From an uncultured Clostridia bacterium (GTDB lineage: Bacteria; Bacillota; Clostridia; Christensenellales; DTU072), in the NCBI GenBank assembly GCA_944350065.1, contig CALVOD010000001.1:1-63113 (forward strand): a stretch of DNA of 63,113 bases, read 5' to 3'. Under the pieces are notes generated by a model. The model saw nothing but the letters and a program-made list of their open reading frames with translations. It was not told the origin of the DNA and searched no databases. How positions within the stretch are numbered: the stretch's first letter is position 1; each line of letters opens with the position of its first letter. Both the position numbers and the translations under genes were made by a program. Shown piece after piece: positions 29,712 through 38,965 of this stretch.

Positions 29712-30965
29712 ATGAAAGATTTAGTCGGCGCATGTATTTTCGGACAGTCCGGCGGACCTACCTCGGTCATCAACGCGTCTGCCGCGGGCGTATTCATCGA
29801 AGCCCTCAAGCAGAAGAACATAACCGCGGTTTACGGTGCCGCACACGGCATCAAAGGTATCCTGGAAGAAGACTTTTACGATATCGGACAGGAAGATATG
29901 GACGAACTTCTGCTGCTCAAGAATACTCCTTCTTCGAGCCTCGGTTCGGTGAGATACAAACTCAAGGACGCTTCCGTGGACGAGACCGATTACAAGAGAA
30001 TACTCGAGGTTTTCAAGAAGTACAATATCCGTTATTTCTTCTATAACGGCGGCAACGATTCCATGGACACCTGCAACAAGGTCAGCAAATATCTGATGAA
30101 AGCGGGTTACGCCTGCAACGTCATCGGCGTGCCGAAGACCATCGACAACGACCTTTACGGCACCGATCACTGCCCCGGATACGGCAGCGCCGCGAAGTAC
30201 GTGGCTACCACGCTTATGGAGCTTAACCTCGACGCCAAAGTTTACGACAAGGGACAGGTTGCGGTAGTCGAGATCATGGGAAGAAACGCCGGTTGGCTTA
30301 CCGCGGCGGCGGCTCTCGCCAATTATAAAGGATTGGGCGCCGACCTTATTTACCTTCCCGAAATTCCTTTCTCCGTGGATAAATTCCTTGCCGACGTCAA
30401 GAGAGTCATGGACGCTAACGGCGGCAAATGCATAGCCTGTGTATCCGAAGGTATCCGCGACAAGGACGGCGTATTCATCGTCGAATCCCTTTCGAGCGCG
30501 AAAGCGAAGGACAATTTCGGTCACACCCAGCTCGGCGGACTGGCGATACAGCTTGCCGACCTCATCAACCGCACCTACGGCGTGAAGGTAAGAGGCATCG
30601 AATTCAGCCTTATGCAGCGTTGCGGCGCTCATCTTGCGTCCGGCACCGACATCGAGGAAGCCTTCAACGCGGGAAGAAAAGCCGTTCAGGCGGCTTGCGC
30701 GGGCAAGACCGACAAAATGGTGGTATTCGAGCGCGATATGTCGAGCGGCAAATATAAATGCAAGTATAAACTCATTTCGGTAGAGCTTGCGGCAAACACC
30801 GAGAAGAAAGTTCCTCTCGAATGGATTACCCCCGACGGAACGGGACTCACTCAGGATTATATCGATTACGCGCTCCCGCTTATTCAGGGCTCCAGCAAAT
30901 CTCCTCTCGAGGACGGGCTGCCCAAGTTCGCTAGCCTCAAGAAGGTTAAGGTCGAGAAGAAATAA
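29712..30965 (+). CDS. pfp: phosphofructokinase, long form, predicted PPi-dependent (diphosphate--fructose-6-phosphate 1-phosphotransferase)
   Basis: GQSGGPTSVINAS, NGGNDSMD (Asp at the position equivalent to E. coli G104), and GVPKTIDNDL (Lys at the G124 position). 417 aa. Confidence 0.75.
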   Translation: MKDLVGACIFGQSGGPTSVINASAAGVFIEALKQKNITAVYGAAHGIKGILEEDFYDIGQEDMDELLLLKNTPSSSLGSVRYKLKDASVDETDYKRILEVFKKYNIRYFFYNGGNDSMDTCNKVSKYLMKAGYACNVIGVPKTIDNDLYGTDHCPGYGSAAKYVATTLMELNLDAKVYDKGQVAVVEIMGRNAGWLTAAAALANYKGLGADLIYLPEIPFSVDKFLADVKRVMDANGGKCIACVSEGIRDKDGVFIVESLSSAKAKDNFGHTQLGGLAIQLADLINRTYGVKVRGIEFSLMQRCGAHLASGTDIEEAFNAGRKAVQAACAGKTDKMVVFERDMSSGKYKCKYKLISVELAANTEKKVPLEWITPDGTGLTQDYIDYALPLIQGSSKSPLEDGLPKFASLKKVKVEKK

Positions 30966-31025
30966 GCGCGGAAACGCTATAGCAAATCATAATTAAACAG
31001 GAAGGAATAACCTGACCACAAGGAA

Positions 31026-31772
31026 ATGGCGAAAAAACTCACCCGTAAATCGATAGCTTTGATATTGATAATCGTCGCGTTGCTTCTCGCGGGCGGCGGA
31101 ACGGGCGCGTGGTATTTCCTTTCCCACCGCAAACTGTCTCCGCCCGTACCTCGGGTGGAGGCGACGTTTGCGGAACCGCAGTATACCGTAATGATCGCGT
31201 GGGACGAAGTCGAAGGGGCTGAGTCCTACGCCGTCGAATACAGATATTCGCTTTTCGAGCAGGACGCGACGCACAGGATAGACAACGTGTCCGACACCTA
31301 CGTGATGGTGGCTCGCAAGAGGGGAGTATTGCAATTCAGGGTGCGCGCTTTCGGCAAGTACGCCGAAAACATGAGCGATTACGGCGAATGGCAAACTTAT
31401 TACGTCGAGCCGCTCACGTTCAACAGCCTGCAAACTTTCAATACTGCTTACGTCAGCGAAAGGTCTTTCAAGATAGACGCCGACACGTTCGTACCGGTGA
31501 CGTACAATTACAAAGGCGAAACCTATACCGTCAACTGGTACGAAGTAAGGATTCTCGCGCCCGGTGAAACGGAAGCGCCGAGCGATCCGATATCTCTTAC
31601 GGACATACGTTCGGGCTTTGCGTTCAACGTAGCCGAAAGGGGCGAATACGTACTCGAGATACGTCCGGTGCTTTACGTTTACGTTAACGGCGTGAAGGAC
31701 TACGAGACGCTCGGACTTTACGAAATATACGAACCGAATACCGCATATACGCGGATAACCGTAACCGTATGA
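31026..31772 (+). CDS. hypothetical single-pass membrane protein with an FN3-like ectodomain
   Basis: N-terminal KKLTRK plus hydrophobic helix IALILIIVALLLAGGG. An FN3-like pattern follows (IAWDEVEGAESYAVEYRY..LQFRVRAFG), then a second beta-rich module. Its stop overlaps the typA start (ATGA). Confidence 0.6.
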   Translation: MAKKLTRKSIALILIIVALLLAGGGTGAWYFLSHRKLSPPVPRVEATFAEPQYTVMIAWDEVEGAESYAVEYRYSLFEQDATHRIDNVSDTYVMVARKRGVLQFRVRAFGKYAENMSDYGEWQTYYVEPLTFNSLQTFNTAYVSERSFKIDADTFVPVTYNYKGETYTVNWYEVRILAPGETEAPSDPISLTDIRSGFAFNVAERGEYVLEIRPVLYVYVNGVKDYETLGLYEIYEPNTAYTRITVTV

Positions 31773-33592
31773 TACGAAACGATTTAAGAAACATAGCGAT
31801 AATAGCGCACGTCGACCACGGCAAGACCACGCTCGTTGACGCGATGCTGAAGCAAGGCGGCGTATTCCGCGACAACCAAGTCGTGGAAGACTGCGTCATG
31901 GACTCCAACCCGCTGGAAAGAGAACGCGGGATAACGATACTTGCGAAAAACACTTCCTGCACATACAAGGGAGTCAAGATAAATATAGTGGACACGCCCG
32001 GGCACGCGGACTTTTCGGGAGAAGTAGAAAGGGTGCTGAAGATGATCAACGGCGTGGTGCTTTTGGTGGACGCTTACGAAGGGCCGATGCCGCAGACGAG
32101 GTTCGTTTTGCAGAAAGCGCTCGAAATGAACCACAAAATCGTCATTTGCATCAACAAGATAGACAAACCGGACGCGCGCGTAGCGGAAGTGGTGGACGAG
32201 ATATACGAATTGCTCATCGACCTTAACGCGAGCGACGAGCAGCTGGACAGCCCTATAGTTTACTGCTCGGGAAGGGCGGGGACGGCGAGCCTTACGGAAA
32301 CGGAGCCCGGCAAAGATCTCGCGCCGTTGTTCGATACGATTTTGAGTCATATCGACCCTCCGGAAGGGAACGAAACGGAGCCGTTACAGGTGCTTGTTTC
32401 CTGCATAGACTATAACGATTACGTCGGAAGAATAGCGATAGGGAGAATTGAGCGCGGCGTAATGAAAGCCAATAGCGAAGTTACCGTGTGCAACTACCAC
32501 ACCCCCGAAATTTACAAATCCAAAATAACCAATATATATCAGTTTGCGGGGCTCAACAAGAGATCGGTGGAAACGGCGATGGTGGGCGACATAGTCAGCT
32601 TCAGCGGTATCGAAAACGTCACGATAGGCGAGACGATATGCGCGCCGGAGAAGGTGGAGCCGATACCTTTCGTGAAGATATCGGAGCCGACGTTGCAGAT
32701 GCTTTTCTCCGTCAACGACAGCCCCTTCGCCGGTAAGGAAGGCAAGTTCGTCACCTCGAGACATTTGCGCGCGAGACTGTATAAAGAGCTTTTGCGCGAC
32801 GTCTCGCTGCGAGTTGAGGACGGCGCCCGCGCAGATACTTTCGTGGTATCGGGAAGGGGAGAAATCCACCTTTCGATACTTATCGAGAATATGCGCCGCG
32901 AAGGATACGAATTCCAAGTGTCCACCCCCAAGGTCATCAACAAAGTGATAGACGGCGTTTTGCAGGAGCCTGTCGAAAGGCTTTTCGTGGACGTGCCCGA
33001 CACGGCTGTCGGTACCGTAATGGAGAATATGGGTAAGCGGCAGGGAGAACTCGTCACGATGACGCCCTTCAATTCCCGCATAAAAATGGAATTCCTTATC
33101 CCCGAACGCGGACTTTTGGGATACAGAAGCGACTTTTTGACGGAAACCCGCGGCGAAGGTATAATGAACAGCATTTTCGAAGGTTACCAACCGATGAAGG
33201 GCGTTATGCCGAGAAGGCAGTACGGCGCGCTCGTTGCGTTCGAGACCGGCGAGGCATGCACCTACGGGCTGTATAACGCGCAGGGCAGAGGAGTGCTTTT
33301 CATTACGCCCGGCACCGAAGTTTATTCGGGAATGGTGGTCGGATATTCGCCCAAGCAGGAGGACATAGCGGTCAACGTGTGCAAGAAAAAGCACGTCACC
33401 AATATGCGCGCCGCGGGCTCCGACGAAGCGCTCAGACTCGAGACGCCGCGCGTCTTCTCTCTCGAGGAATGCATAGAATTCCTCGAGCCCGACGAAATGC
33501 TCGAAGTCACCCCCAAGTCGCTGAGAATCCGCAAAACGATTCTCGACCACGAATTGCGTATGCGCGCCGTCATGAAGGAACGCAGAGGATAA
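31769..33592 (+). CDS. typA: translational GTPase TypA/BipA
   Basis: NIAIIAHVDHGKTTLVD, DTPGHADF and NKID, with EF-G-like domains and the BipA C-terminal domain. 607 aa. Confidence 0.93.
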   Translation: MIRNDLRNIAIIAHVDHGKTTLVDAMLKQGGVFRDNQVVEDCVMDSNPLERERGITILAKNTSCTYKGVKINIVDTPGHADFSGEVERVLKMINGVVLLVDAYEGPMPQTRFVLQKALEMNHKIVICINKIDKPDARVAEVVDEIYELLIDLNASDEQLDSPIVYCSGRAGTASLTETEPGKDLAPLFDTILSHIDPPEGNETEPLQVLVSCIDYNDYVGRIAIGRIERGVMKANSEVTVCNYHTPEIYKSKITNIYQFAGLNKRSVETAMVGDIVSFSGIENVTIGETICAPEKVEPIPFVKISEPTLQMLFSVNDSPFAGKEGKFVTSRHLRARLYKELLRDVSLRVEDGARADTFVVSGRGEIHLSILIENMRREGYEFQVSTPKVINKVIDGVLQEPVERLFVDVPDTAVGTVMENMGKRQGELVTMTPFNSRIKMEFLIPERGLLGYRSDFLTETRGEGIMNSIFEGYQPMKGVMPRRQYGALVAFETGEACTYGLYNAQGRGVLFITPGTEVYSGMVVGYSPKQEDIAVNVCKKKHVTNMRAAGSDEALRLETPRVFSLEECIEFLEPDEMLEVTPKSLRIRKTILDHELRMRAVMKERRG

Positions 33593-33644
33593 TATTCCGT
33601 ATTCCATTATTCGATTTTCGCAGAAATCGTCGAAGGAGGCAGAT

Positions 33645-34562
33645 ATGAACAATTTTAACGAAGAGCTGAAGGCGTTTTTCTCTACGGGGAACAACCTTTA
33701 CTACGTTATCGCCGCGGCTGTGGTGCTCGTAGCGCTGATAGTCGTAGCGGTAGTGCTCGCGGTAAGAGCGAAACGCAAGAAAGCGGAGCAGGAGAAGCCC
33801 GAAGTAAGTTCGTTCTACGAAGCTGAACCGGAGGAGCCCGATTTCGCGTCCGAAGGCATCGACGTGGACAAACTCGTCGTGGACAACGAAGCCTGCAACG
33901 CCGCTGCGAGCGAGAGCTTCATATTGAAGCCGCCGGAAAAATACGTTTCCGAGGACGTAGATTCGATAGTAATGACTCCTGTCAAAGAGGAGCCCCGTCC
34001 GCCGAAAAAAGAGGTTTTGCCTCCGCCCGAACCGCAGGAAAAGGAAAGTTCTTTCAAAGATCATATTTATTCCAAGGAAGCGGCTAAGCGCCCCGGCACC
34101 ATTCAGATATATCTCGATAACGGCGGTAAATTCCGTTTCAGGCTGAAGTCGAGCAATCTCGAGACGGTGGGCCATTCGCAGGGCTACACGACCAAAGCCG
34201 CCTGCAAGAACGGCATAAACGCCGTTATCAACGCCTGTAAGACGGCTGAAGTGGTGGATACCACGAAAAGCGAAGAATACGTTGTGTCGATAGGCAGAAC
34301 GGTATTTGAGATATACCGCGACAACGAGCGCAAATTCCGTTTCAGACTGACGGCGGCGAACGCGAGCAACATACTCGCTTCGCAGGGGTATACCAGCAAA
34401 GTGAATTGCATTAACGGCACCGAATCGGTGAGAAACATAGCCGCATTCCACAATCTCGTGGACGACACGAAGGCGAAACGCAACGTAGCGGACGCCGCGA
34501 ATAAAGAGGAGGGCGACAACGAAAACGGCGCCAAGAGCAAGGCGCGCGACCGTCGCAAATAA
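33645..34562 (+). CDS. membrane-anchored protein with two YegP/DUF1508 repeats
   Basis: TM helix YYVIAAAVVLVALIVVAVVLAV followed by RAKRKKAE, then a ~120-aa Pro/Glu-rich linker. Two DUF1508 repeats follow (GKFRFRLKSSNLETVGHSQGYTTKAACKNGI and RKFRFRLTAANASNILASQGYTSKVNCING). AGGAGG RBS present. Confidence 0.75.
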   Translation: MNNFNEELKAFFSTGNNLYYVIAAAVVLVALIVVAVVLAVRAKRKKAEQEKPEVSSFYEAEPEEPDFASEGIDVDKLVVDNEACNAAASESFILKPPEKYVSEDVDSIVMTPVKEEPRPPKKEVLPPPEPQEKESSFKDHIYSKEAAKRPGTIQIYLDNGGKFRFRLKSSNLETVGHSQGYTTKAACKNGINAVINACKTAEVVDTTKSEEYVVSIGRTVFEIYRDNERKFRFRLTAANASNILASQGYTSKVNCINGTESVRNIAAFHNLVDDTKAKRNVADAANKEEGDNENGAKSKARDRRK

Positions 34563-34777
34563 CCTCCGGTAAATTCTTTCTGTAGCGTATATAGCGAGTT
34601 CGGGCGTTCTGCCCGAACGCCGACAGTTCGCCGCAAAAGCCGTGCCCAAGCAAAAAGAGCGGGTACATAGTGCGTTTTCGGCGAATTTTCGGTATTGACT
34701 TTAGCGCGGTTTTGCTTTATCATTATATACGGGTAAAGCTACGCCGCGTTTTAGTCGTACGCCCGAGGAGGTATGGA

Positions 34778-35725
34778 TTGAAACTCGTAATACTCGACGG
34801 ATATTGTCTTAATCACGGCGATCTCAGTTGGGAGCCTCTCACTTCGCAAGGCGAAGCGACCGTTTACGATCGTACGCCTTACGAACTGATAGTTCAGCGT
34901 ATGGGCGACGCGAGTATTATGATAACCAATAAATGCCGTATCGACAGAAGCGTCATCGACGCTTTGCCCGCGCTTAAATATATCGGGGTGCTCGCCACGG
35001 GTTACGACAATATCGACGTGGCGTATTGCAAGGAGCGCGGCATTGCGGTAAGCAATATTCCCGCTTACAGCACCGAATCCGTCGTACAGGCGTTTTTCGG
35101 GTTACTCATAGAATTGTATACCGGCATAGGTATGCACGCCGATACCGTAAGGGAGGGCGAATGGTCGAGAGTCAGCGATTATTGCTATTACAAGCGTCAG
35201 ACTCACGAACTGTTCGGCAAGACTCTCGGCATAATCGGTTTCGGCAGAATAGGAAGAAGAATAGGCGAAGTGGCGACGGCTTTCGGAATGAAAGTTCTCG
35301 CTTATGCGAGACGTCGCCGCTTCGAGGAGAAGGGATTCCGCTACGCAGAGCTTGACGAGCTTTACGCGGAGTCCGATATAATTTCGCTCAATTGCCCGCT
35401 GACTGCGGAGAACGCGGGTATGATAAACGCAGACAGCATCGCGAAAATGAAGCCGTCCGCCGTAATTGTCAATACCGCGCGCGGAGGGCTTATCGACGAA
35501 GCCGCGCTCGCGGAAGCATTGAATTCGGGGAGAATTCGGGGAGCCGCGCTCGACGTCCTTTCGAAGGAGCCCGCGCGGGAGAACAATCCTTTGCTTCAAG
35601 CAAAGAATACCGTGATCACGCCGCATATCGCGTGGGCTACGGTGGAAGCTCGGTCGCGGCTTATGCTTATAGCCGCCGACAATTTAGCGGCTTATCTTGA
35701 GGGGCGCGAGCTCAACAGGGTATGA
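34778..35725 (+). CDS. D-isomer-specific 2-hydroxyacid dehydrogenase (glycerate/phosphoglycerate dehydrogenase family)
   Basis: NAD fold GIIGFGRIGRRIG, NTARGGLID, and the catalytic His in TPHIAWAT. A TTG start at 34778 lies 6 nt after GAGGAGG, so the listed 34670 extension is rejected. Confidence 0.85.
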   Translation: MKLVILDGYCLNHGDLSWEPLTSQGEATVYDRTPYELIVQRMGDASIMITNKCRIDRSVIDALPALKYIGVLATGYDNIDVAYCKERGIAVSNIPAYSTESVVQAFFGLLIELYTGIGMHADTVREGEWSRVSDYCYYKRQTHELFGKTLGIIGFGRIGRRIGEVATAFGMKVLAYARRRRFEEKGFRYAELDELYAESDIISLNCPLTAENAGMINADSIAKMKPSAVIVNTARGGLIDEAALAEALNSGRIRGAALDVLSKEPARENNPLLQAKNTVITPHIAWATVEARSRLMLIAADNLAAYLEGRELNRV

Positions 35726-35764
35726 TCCCCGCTTACTGAAGGAATAAGAGGATAGGTAATACTT

Positions 35765-37276
35765 ATGGTAAAAATCGCAATAATCGATTTGGGAAGCAAC
35801 TCGGCAAGGCTTGTCATTGCCAATATAATGCCGGGCGGATATTTTATGGTCATCGACGAGCTCAAAGAGCCCGTAAGACTTGCGCAGGATATGGAGATAG
35901 ACGGCTTTTTAAGACCTCTGCGCATTCAGCAGACCATTAAAACGCTCAAAACTTTCCGCACGCTTTACGAATCTCACGGCGTAAGCAAAGTTTTCGCATA
36001 CGCCACCGCGGCGGTACGCCGTGCGAAGAATCAGAAATCCTTTATAGACGAGGTTCAGAGCTCCTGCGGCATCAAATTACAGGTATTGAGTCAAGAGGAG
36101 GAAGCCACTTTCGTTTATCAGGGCGTCATCAACTCGATGGAAGTGCCCAAGGGACTTATCGTGGATATCGGCGGCGGCTCCGTCAAAATGATTTATTATA
36201 ACCGCAGGGTGATGATAGCGCAGGACACGCTTCCTTTCGGCGCGGTGACGTTGAGCGAGAAATTCGCCCGTCACGGCACTCCCGAGGAATGCCAGAGCGC
36301 GATAACCGCATACGTTACCGAGCATCTCGAGAGGCTGGAGTGGCTCAAGAATCTCGATCCGGAAACGCAGCTCATAGGCGTGGGCGGCTCGCTGCGCAAT
36401 CTCGGCAAGATAAGCCGCAAACTTAAGAAATATCCTCTCGATATGGCGCACAATTATCATATTCCGTTCACCGAATTCGAGACGATATACGATACCATTA
36501 AGCCGCTCGCTCCCGAGAAACTCATGCGTATCAAAGGGCTTTCGAGCGCGAGAGCGGATATATTCCCCGCGGCGCTTTCAGTAGTGGAAGCCATCAAAAA
36601 TTATACCGATTTCAACGAAATAATTATCGGCGGCGCGGGACTCAGGGAAGGCGCGATGTTCCGTTACGCCTGCCCCACCGTGGCGGAAAAACCGATAAGC
36701 GATATTCTCGGGCACAGTATTTATACGTTACTGCACCATTTCGATATGAATATCCAGCATGCGGAGCACGTATTCGATTTGTCGATGCAGCTTTTCCGTC
36801 AGCTCAAGGTGATACATAAACTTCCGAGACCTTACGTCAAGGTGTTGCGCGTGGCGAGCATGATGCACGACATAGGCACCAGCCTCAAGTTCTACGACCA
36901 CCATAAACACTCGATGTATATCATTCTCAATTCCAACCTCTACGGCATACCGCAGAAAGATTTGATAATGGCGTCCATGGTGGCGGCGCTTCATTACCGC
37001 GACGGGCTCGAACAGCTCGATTGCCAGAAGTACCTCGACCTTCTTAACGAGGAGGAAATTTCCGCGGTGCGTAAGTTAGGCGTAATAGTACGTATAGCGG
37101 AGTGCTTCGACCGCAGTTGCGGCGGTGCGATAGTGGGACTTTCGTGCGACGTGCTCGGCGATTCGGTGATACTCAAGACGAAGACGCAGGGCGACTGCAC
37201 TCTCGAGATAAAAGACGCGCTCGGCGCGCTCAACGAATTCAAACGCGCGTTCAAGAAGAATCTCGAGATACTCTGA
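35765..37276 (+). CDS. Ppx/GppA family phosphatase with C-terminal HD domain
   Basis: Actin-like ATPase motifs IDLGSNSARLVI and DIGGGSVK, and an HD-region HDIG. 503 aa. Confidence 0.88.
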   Translation: MVKIAIIDLGSNSARLVIANIMPGGYFMVIDELKEPVRLAQDMEIDGFLRPLRIQQTIKTLKTFRTLYESHGVSKVFAYATAAVRRAKNQKSFIDEVQSSCGIKLQVLSQEEEATFVYQGVINSMEVPKGLIVDIGGGSVKMIYYNRRVMIAQDTLPFGAVTLSEKFARHGTPEECQSAITAYVTEHLERLEWLKNLDPETQLIGVGGSLRNLGKISRKLKKYPLDMAHNYHIPFTEFETIYDTIKPLAPEKLMRIKGLSSARADIFPAALSVVEAIKNYTDFNEIIIGGAGLREGAMFRYACPTVAEKPISDILGHSIYTLLHHFDMNIQHAEHVFDLSMQLFRQLKVIHKLPRPYVKVLRVASMMHDIGTSLKFYDHHKHSMYIILNSNLYGIPQKDLIMASMVAALHYRDGLEQLDCQKYLDLLNEEEISAVRKLGVIVRIAECFDRSCGGAIVGLSCDVLGDSVILKTKTQGDCTLEIKDALGALNEFKRAFKKNLEIL

Positions 37277-37285
37277 CGTATTACG

Positions 37286-37840
37286 ATGAAGGTATTGCTT
37301 GCGTCCGCGTCTCCGAGAAGACGCGAACTCTTGAAAAAACTTTTCGAAGAATTCGACGTGGCGGCGTATCCCGCCGACGAAAACTATAAAGGCGAAACGC
37401 CCGAAGACACCGTGAAGACGATAGCTTTGCGCAAGCTCGCCGCCGTTACCGCGTCCGAAGCCTACGACCTTGTCGTCGCTTCGGATACTTTGGTATATAT
37501 GGACGGTAAGTATTACGGTAAGCCGGCGGACGAGGCGGAAGCCGTGAAAATGCTCGGCGAACTCAGCGGGCGCACGCACACGGTGTATTCTTCGGTTGCG
37601 GTGAGATACAAAGGCGAAACTTATACCGCTACGGACGCCACGCGAGTCACTTTCCGCGTGCTCGGGCGCGAGGAAATAGCGCGTTACGTCGCAGCGTACG
37701 ACTGTCTCGACAAGGCGGGAGCGTACGCCGTACAGGACGGAGTTACCGTTGCGTCATACGAAGGAAGCTACGACAACGTCGTGGGACTTCCCACCGAAAA
37801 ACTCCGTTCGTTGATAAAAGGATTGATTTCGGAGCGTTAA
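37286..37840 (+). CDS. maf: Maf family nucleoside-triphosphate pyrophosphatase
   Basis: LLASASPRRRELL, KAGAYAVQ and NVVGLP. 184 aa. Confidence 0.9.
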   Translation: MKVLLASASPRRRELLKKLFEEFDVAAYPADENYKGETPEDTVKTIALRKLAAVTASEAYDLVVASDTLVYMDGKYYGKPADEAEAVKMLGELSGRTHTVYSSVAVRYKGETYTATDATRVTFRVLGREEIARYVAAYDCLDKAGAYAVQDGVTVASYEGSYDNVVGLPTEKLRSLIKGLISER

Positions 37841-37841
37841 A

Positions 37842-38807
37842 ATGCAAAAGACGAAATACATTCTCGATCTCGGTTCCTCATACGTCTCGATATACGGGAC
37901 GAGCCTTTTGTTGCGCCAGCCTAACGTGGCTGTCGTTCGTCGCGGCAACGGTATCGAGCTTATAAGCTGCGGAAGCGAAGCGCTCGCCATGCGCGAGATA
38001 CCGGATCACTGCTCGGTGGTGCGCCCCGTCGCGGAAGGCGCCGTGGCTCACGTGGAAGTCATGAGTCTTATACTTAAAGAGTTTTTCGCCGCAGTCATAC
38101 CGTTCAGCCTTTTCCGCGCGGTGGAGATGTACGTGCTCATTCCCGCAGGGCTTTCCATAGCGGAGCGCGAGAACGTGGAAGCGGCGGTAAGCAAAGCGGG
38201 CTACAAGGACGTAACTTTGATTGAATCGGTGCTTGCGCTGTCGGCGCTTTTCGACGGCGGCAACCGCGCCGTGGCGATAATGGGTAGCGGCACTACGGAA
38301 ATAGGCGTTGTCGACAAGGACGGTATCGTTTCGGCGTGCTCGGTGAACATCGCGGGCAACACCGTGACCGAGAAAATAATAGAACAGGTTTACGAGATCT
38401 ACAACCTTACCATAAGCTGGTCGGCTGCGGAAAAATTGAAGACCACTATCGGCAGCCTTTACGACAACGACACCTCCGTGACGGAAGTGGTAGGGCAGGA
38501 TTTGCTGGACGGAAGAATGAAATCCGTGGAAATATCCGCTTCCTCTATCCGCGCGCCGATACTTTATTGCTACCGTAAAATAGCCGAAATAATAGAATCG
38601 GTGCTTACCACCATTCCTTATTCGCGGCTTGCGGAAGTCACAGCCAACGGGTTGTATATCGCGGGCGGCGGCGCCGAGCTCAGGGGACTCGACGATTTCC
38701 TTACGCGCTACCTTAAACTTAAAGTTTTCCGCGACGACGATCCGGAGACCGTAGTCGTACGCTCCGCGGCTAAGCTCGTGGAAGACGGAAGGCTTTTCAA
38801 ACGGTAG
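37842..38807 (+). CDS. divergent MreB/Mbl-like actin-fold protein
   Basis: It aligns by eye with MreB: ILDLGSSYVSIY (phosphate 1), VVRPVAEGAVA (compare IRPLKDGVIA), AIMGSGTTEIGVV (phosphate 2, without the Asp), and YIAGGGAELRGLDDFL (adenosine motif). It follows maf, as mreB does in Firmicutes. Confidence 0.7.
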   Translation: MQKTKYILDLGSSYVSIYGTSLLLRQPNVAVVRRGNGIELISCGSEALAMREIPDHCSVVRPVAEGAVAHVEVMSLILKEFFAAVIPFSLFRAVEMYVLIPAGLSIAERENVEAAVSKAGYKDVTLIESVLALSALFDGGNRAVAIMGSGTTEIGVVDKDGIVSACSVNIAGNTVTEKIIEQVYEIYNLTISWSAAEKLKTTIGSLYDNDTSVTEVVGQDLLDGRMKSVEISASSIRAPILYCYRKIAEIIESVLTTIPYSRLAEVTANGLYIAGGGAELRGLDDFLTRYLKLKVFRDDDPETVVVRSAAKLVEDGRLFKR

Positions 38808-38836
38808 AGCGGATACGCGAAAAGTAACTCGACGCG

Positions 38837-38861
38837 CCGCTCCGGTAAGGAGCGGTTTTTT
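38837..38861 (+). terminator. intrinsic terminator after the MreB-like gene
   Basis: Stem CCGCTCC/GGAGCGG with a GGTAA loop, followed by TTTTTT. Confidence 0.8.
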
Positions 38862-38965
38862 CTTCGCTACTCGCTGCGCTCGCTATTTATCTTCAAAATG
38901 TTGCGGTCTTAACTATAATATGATATACTTTATAAGTATATCAACGCTTTTGAGCGGAGGTCAGG

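Noticed and set aside
32384-34649. Long minus-strand ORFs (436 aa and 359 aa) opposite typA and the DUF1508 gene. Similar cases lie at 13797-14930, 23443-24549, 29721-30632, 48257-49087, 49240-50253 and 53410-54516.
   Set aside because: All are antisense to genes with clear family motifs. They share the same Arg/His/Val/Phe-rich composition and lack ribosome-binding sites, so they are treated as frame shadows rather than overlapping genes.
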